A stretch of 64,000 bases of DNA, taken from the human T2T-CHM13v2.0 reference genome, Homo sapiens. The notes under the pieces were generated by a model that ran no database searches, was not told the DNA's origin, and worked only from the letters and a program-made list of their open reading frames with translations. Position 1 is the stretch's first letter; every line of letters begins with the position of its first letter. The translations under genes were made by a program, and so were the position numbers. Location of the stretch: assembly GCF_009914755.1 (NCBI RefSeq), contig NC_060932.1. One strand, written 5' to 3'. Positions 62,582-64,000 of the stretch are shown here, piece after piece.

Positions 62582-62651
62582 CTTTCCTTTGATCATTACT
62601 CGCACGTAAGTTGGTTGCACATCAACATCGATTAAAGAGGTATCCATATAC
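62582..62651 (-). CDS. DNAAF11: DNAAF11 internal exon (exon 9), 70 nt
   Basis: Acceptor tttaattttgaag, donor AAG|gtaagt. 1 nt plus YMDTSLIDVDVQPTYVRVMIKGK, in frame with the next exon. Confidence 0.95.
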
Positions 62652-63359
62652 CTTCAAAATTAAACACAGAAAATCTTATAATTTTAAAAAATATCAAGTT
62701 TGAATAAGTGCAAATATAAATTCACACTTACAGGACCATTTTAAATGAAGGGCGTTTAAAATATCCATGCAAAATGGGTCTTTAAAAAATTAGTTTTAAA
62801 TTAATTCCCAGACCAAAGGAAATTCAATATATCAGCAATTTCATTTTTAGACCCACAAGTATACTTGGCATTGATTGCCCCTAACCCAAAAATATCTGAG
62901 GTCTGAAACACCAGAGGTTTGCAAAAAACAGCTTGCCATGCTCTTTCATGAATATTTTATTTTAAGCCCCTAAGACTTGAATAGCCAGGAATGCTGATTC
63001 TACTCTGCTTGAGGCCTGCAACCACCAGCTCCTGCTTCCTTGGCGGCTCTGGATCCCCTGCAGCTGTTCTGCAGCTGCCCTAATACTATCTCTCCTGGAA
63101 GACTAGATTGCTTCTCCCCTCAAAGTCACATCCTGCTGAATAAGCAAACCCTTCTGTTTATGGCAGTGACCCCAAGATCAGGTGGCAATTATTCTCCTCC
63201 ACTCATGAGCAAATTAAAGATTTAGATTTCATATCACTCATTAAATCAGAAGCTTGGCCAAATAATTATGTTCACATACTTCAAAATACTAATTGTGAAC
63301 ATTAGAAACTGCAGAGCTGCTTTAAAAATCACAAATGTTAAGGCAGGTAAGCTAATACA

Positions 63360-63570
63360 AGGGTTACAGGCATAGGTTTGGAGTCACACAGGCTTGTGGG
63401 GAACTGGCTCCATGCCTTCCTGCTTTATTACCTGGGACCACATTCCTTAACCTCTCTAGGCCTCAGTTTCCTCTTCTGTAAAATGGGGATACTACTAACA
63501 CGTAGCCCTAAGATTGTTAGGAAGGAACATGTATAGTGCCCAGTACATAGCTAGTGTTAATAAAGCATCA
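63360..63570 (+). mobile_element. MIR
   Basis: tttggagtcacac..cttaacctctctaggcctcagtttcctcttctgtaaaatgggg. Confidence 0.85.
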
Positions 63571-63779
63571 TTATATGCCATTTAAAAACAATTTTTATAA
63601 TAATAATAGAGATGAGGTTTTCTACAGCTTCACATGTGATATCTACACTTAATGGATTATGCAGTATTTTCCATGCTTGGGCCCCCTAAAATGTTCATCT
63701 GTCCTTACCTACATGGCCTTTCTCTGGCAGAAATAATTGTCTGACAGTTCTTTGCAGAGCAAGCTGCTTCTTATCTTTC

Positions 63780-64000
63780 AATTATCATTGCTCACGTCTC
63801 CCCCTTTCCCTGACTACTCCCCGCACAGCATTATTCCCATCCCTGAACACTGTCCCTCTCCTTGACAGCAGCCTTCTTCCTTTGTAACTCATCAGATGTC
63901 TATTTATTGTCTGTTGCCCTCCCCCACAGGGCTCTAAGTGATAGGAGATCATGACTGGGGAGACAGTTACAGTCTCCCCATGCCTGGCACATAGTAGGTA
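63780..64000 (+). mobile_element. L2 3' end fragment
   Basis: cctttccctgactac..tttattgtctg..tgcctggcacatagtaggt. Confidence 0.65.

Overview
Primate genomic DNA, most likely human. The only protein-coding content I can support is the 3' end of DNAAF11 (LRRC6, dynein axonemal assembly factor, a primary ciliary dyskinesia gene) on the minus strand. It appears as four short exons that the ORF track misses: 62582-62651, 61454-61549, 34980-35065 and a last exon coding 23593-23767. They have GT-AG boundaries and matching phases, and splice into [98 protein letters not shown]...[10 protein letters not shown]. The gene name and exon numbers 9-12 come from my recollection of the protein, not from a search. 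The rest is the downstream intergenic region and introns, dominated by interspersed repeats: Alus, a 3.2-kb 5'-truncated L1PA, old L1/L2/MIR, MaLR and ERVL LTRs, an ERVL pol remnant and DNA-transposon fossils. Repeat subfamily names are by-eye calls, and the boundaries of old elements are approximate. I found no new biological system. The best leads are: (1) exon 11 has a recursive-splice-exon layout that would give an NMD-escaping truncated isoform; (2) tandem splice acceptors; (3) several poly(A) signals, one inside ERVL sequence; (4) a scrambled ERVL provirus; (5) a collapsed THE1 provirus with discordant LTRs; (6) an Alu tail grown into a GGAA/AAGGG microsatellite; (7) an unassigned ~370-bp insertion inside an old L1.
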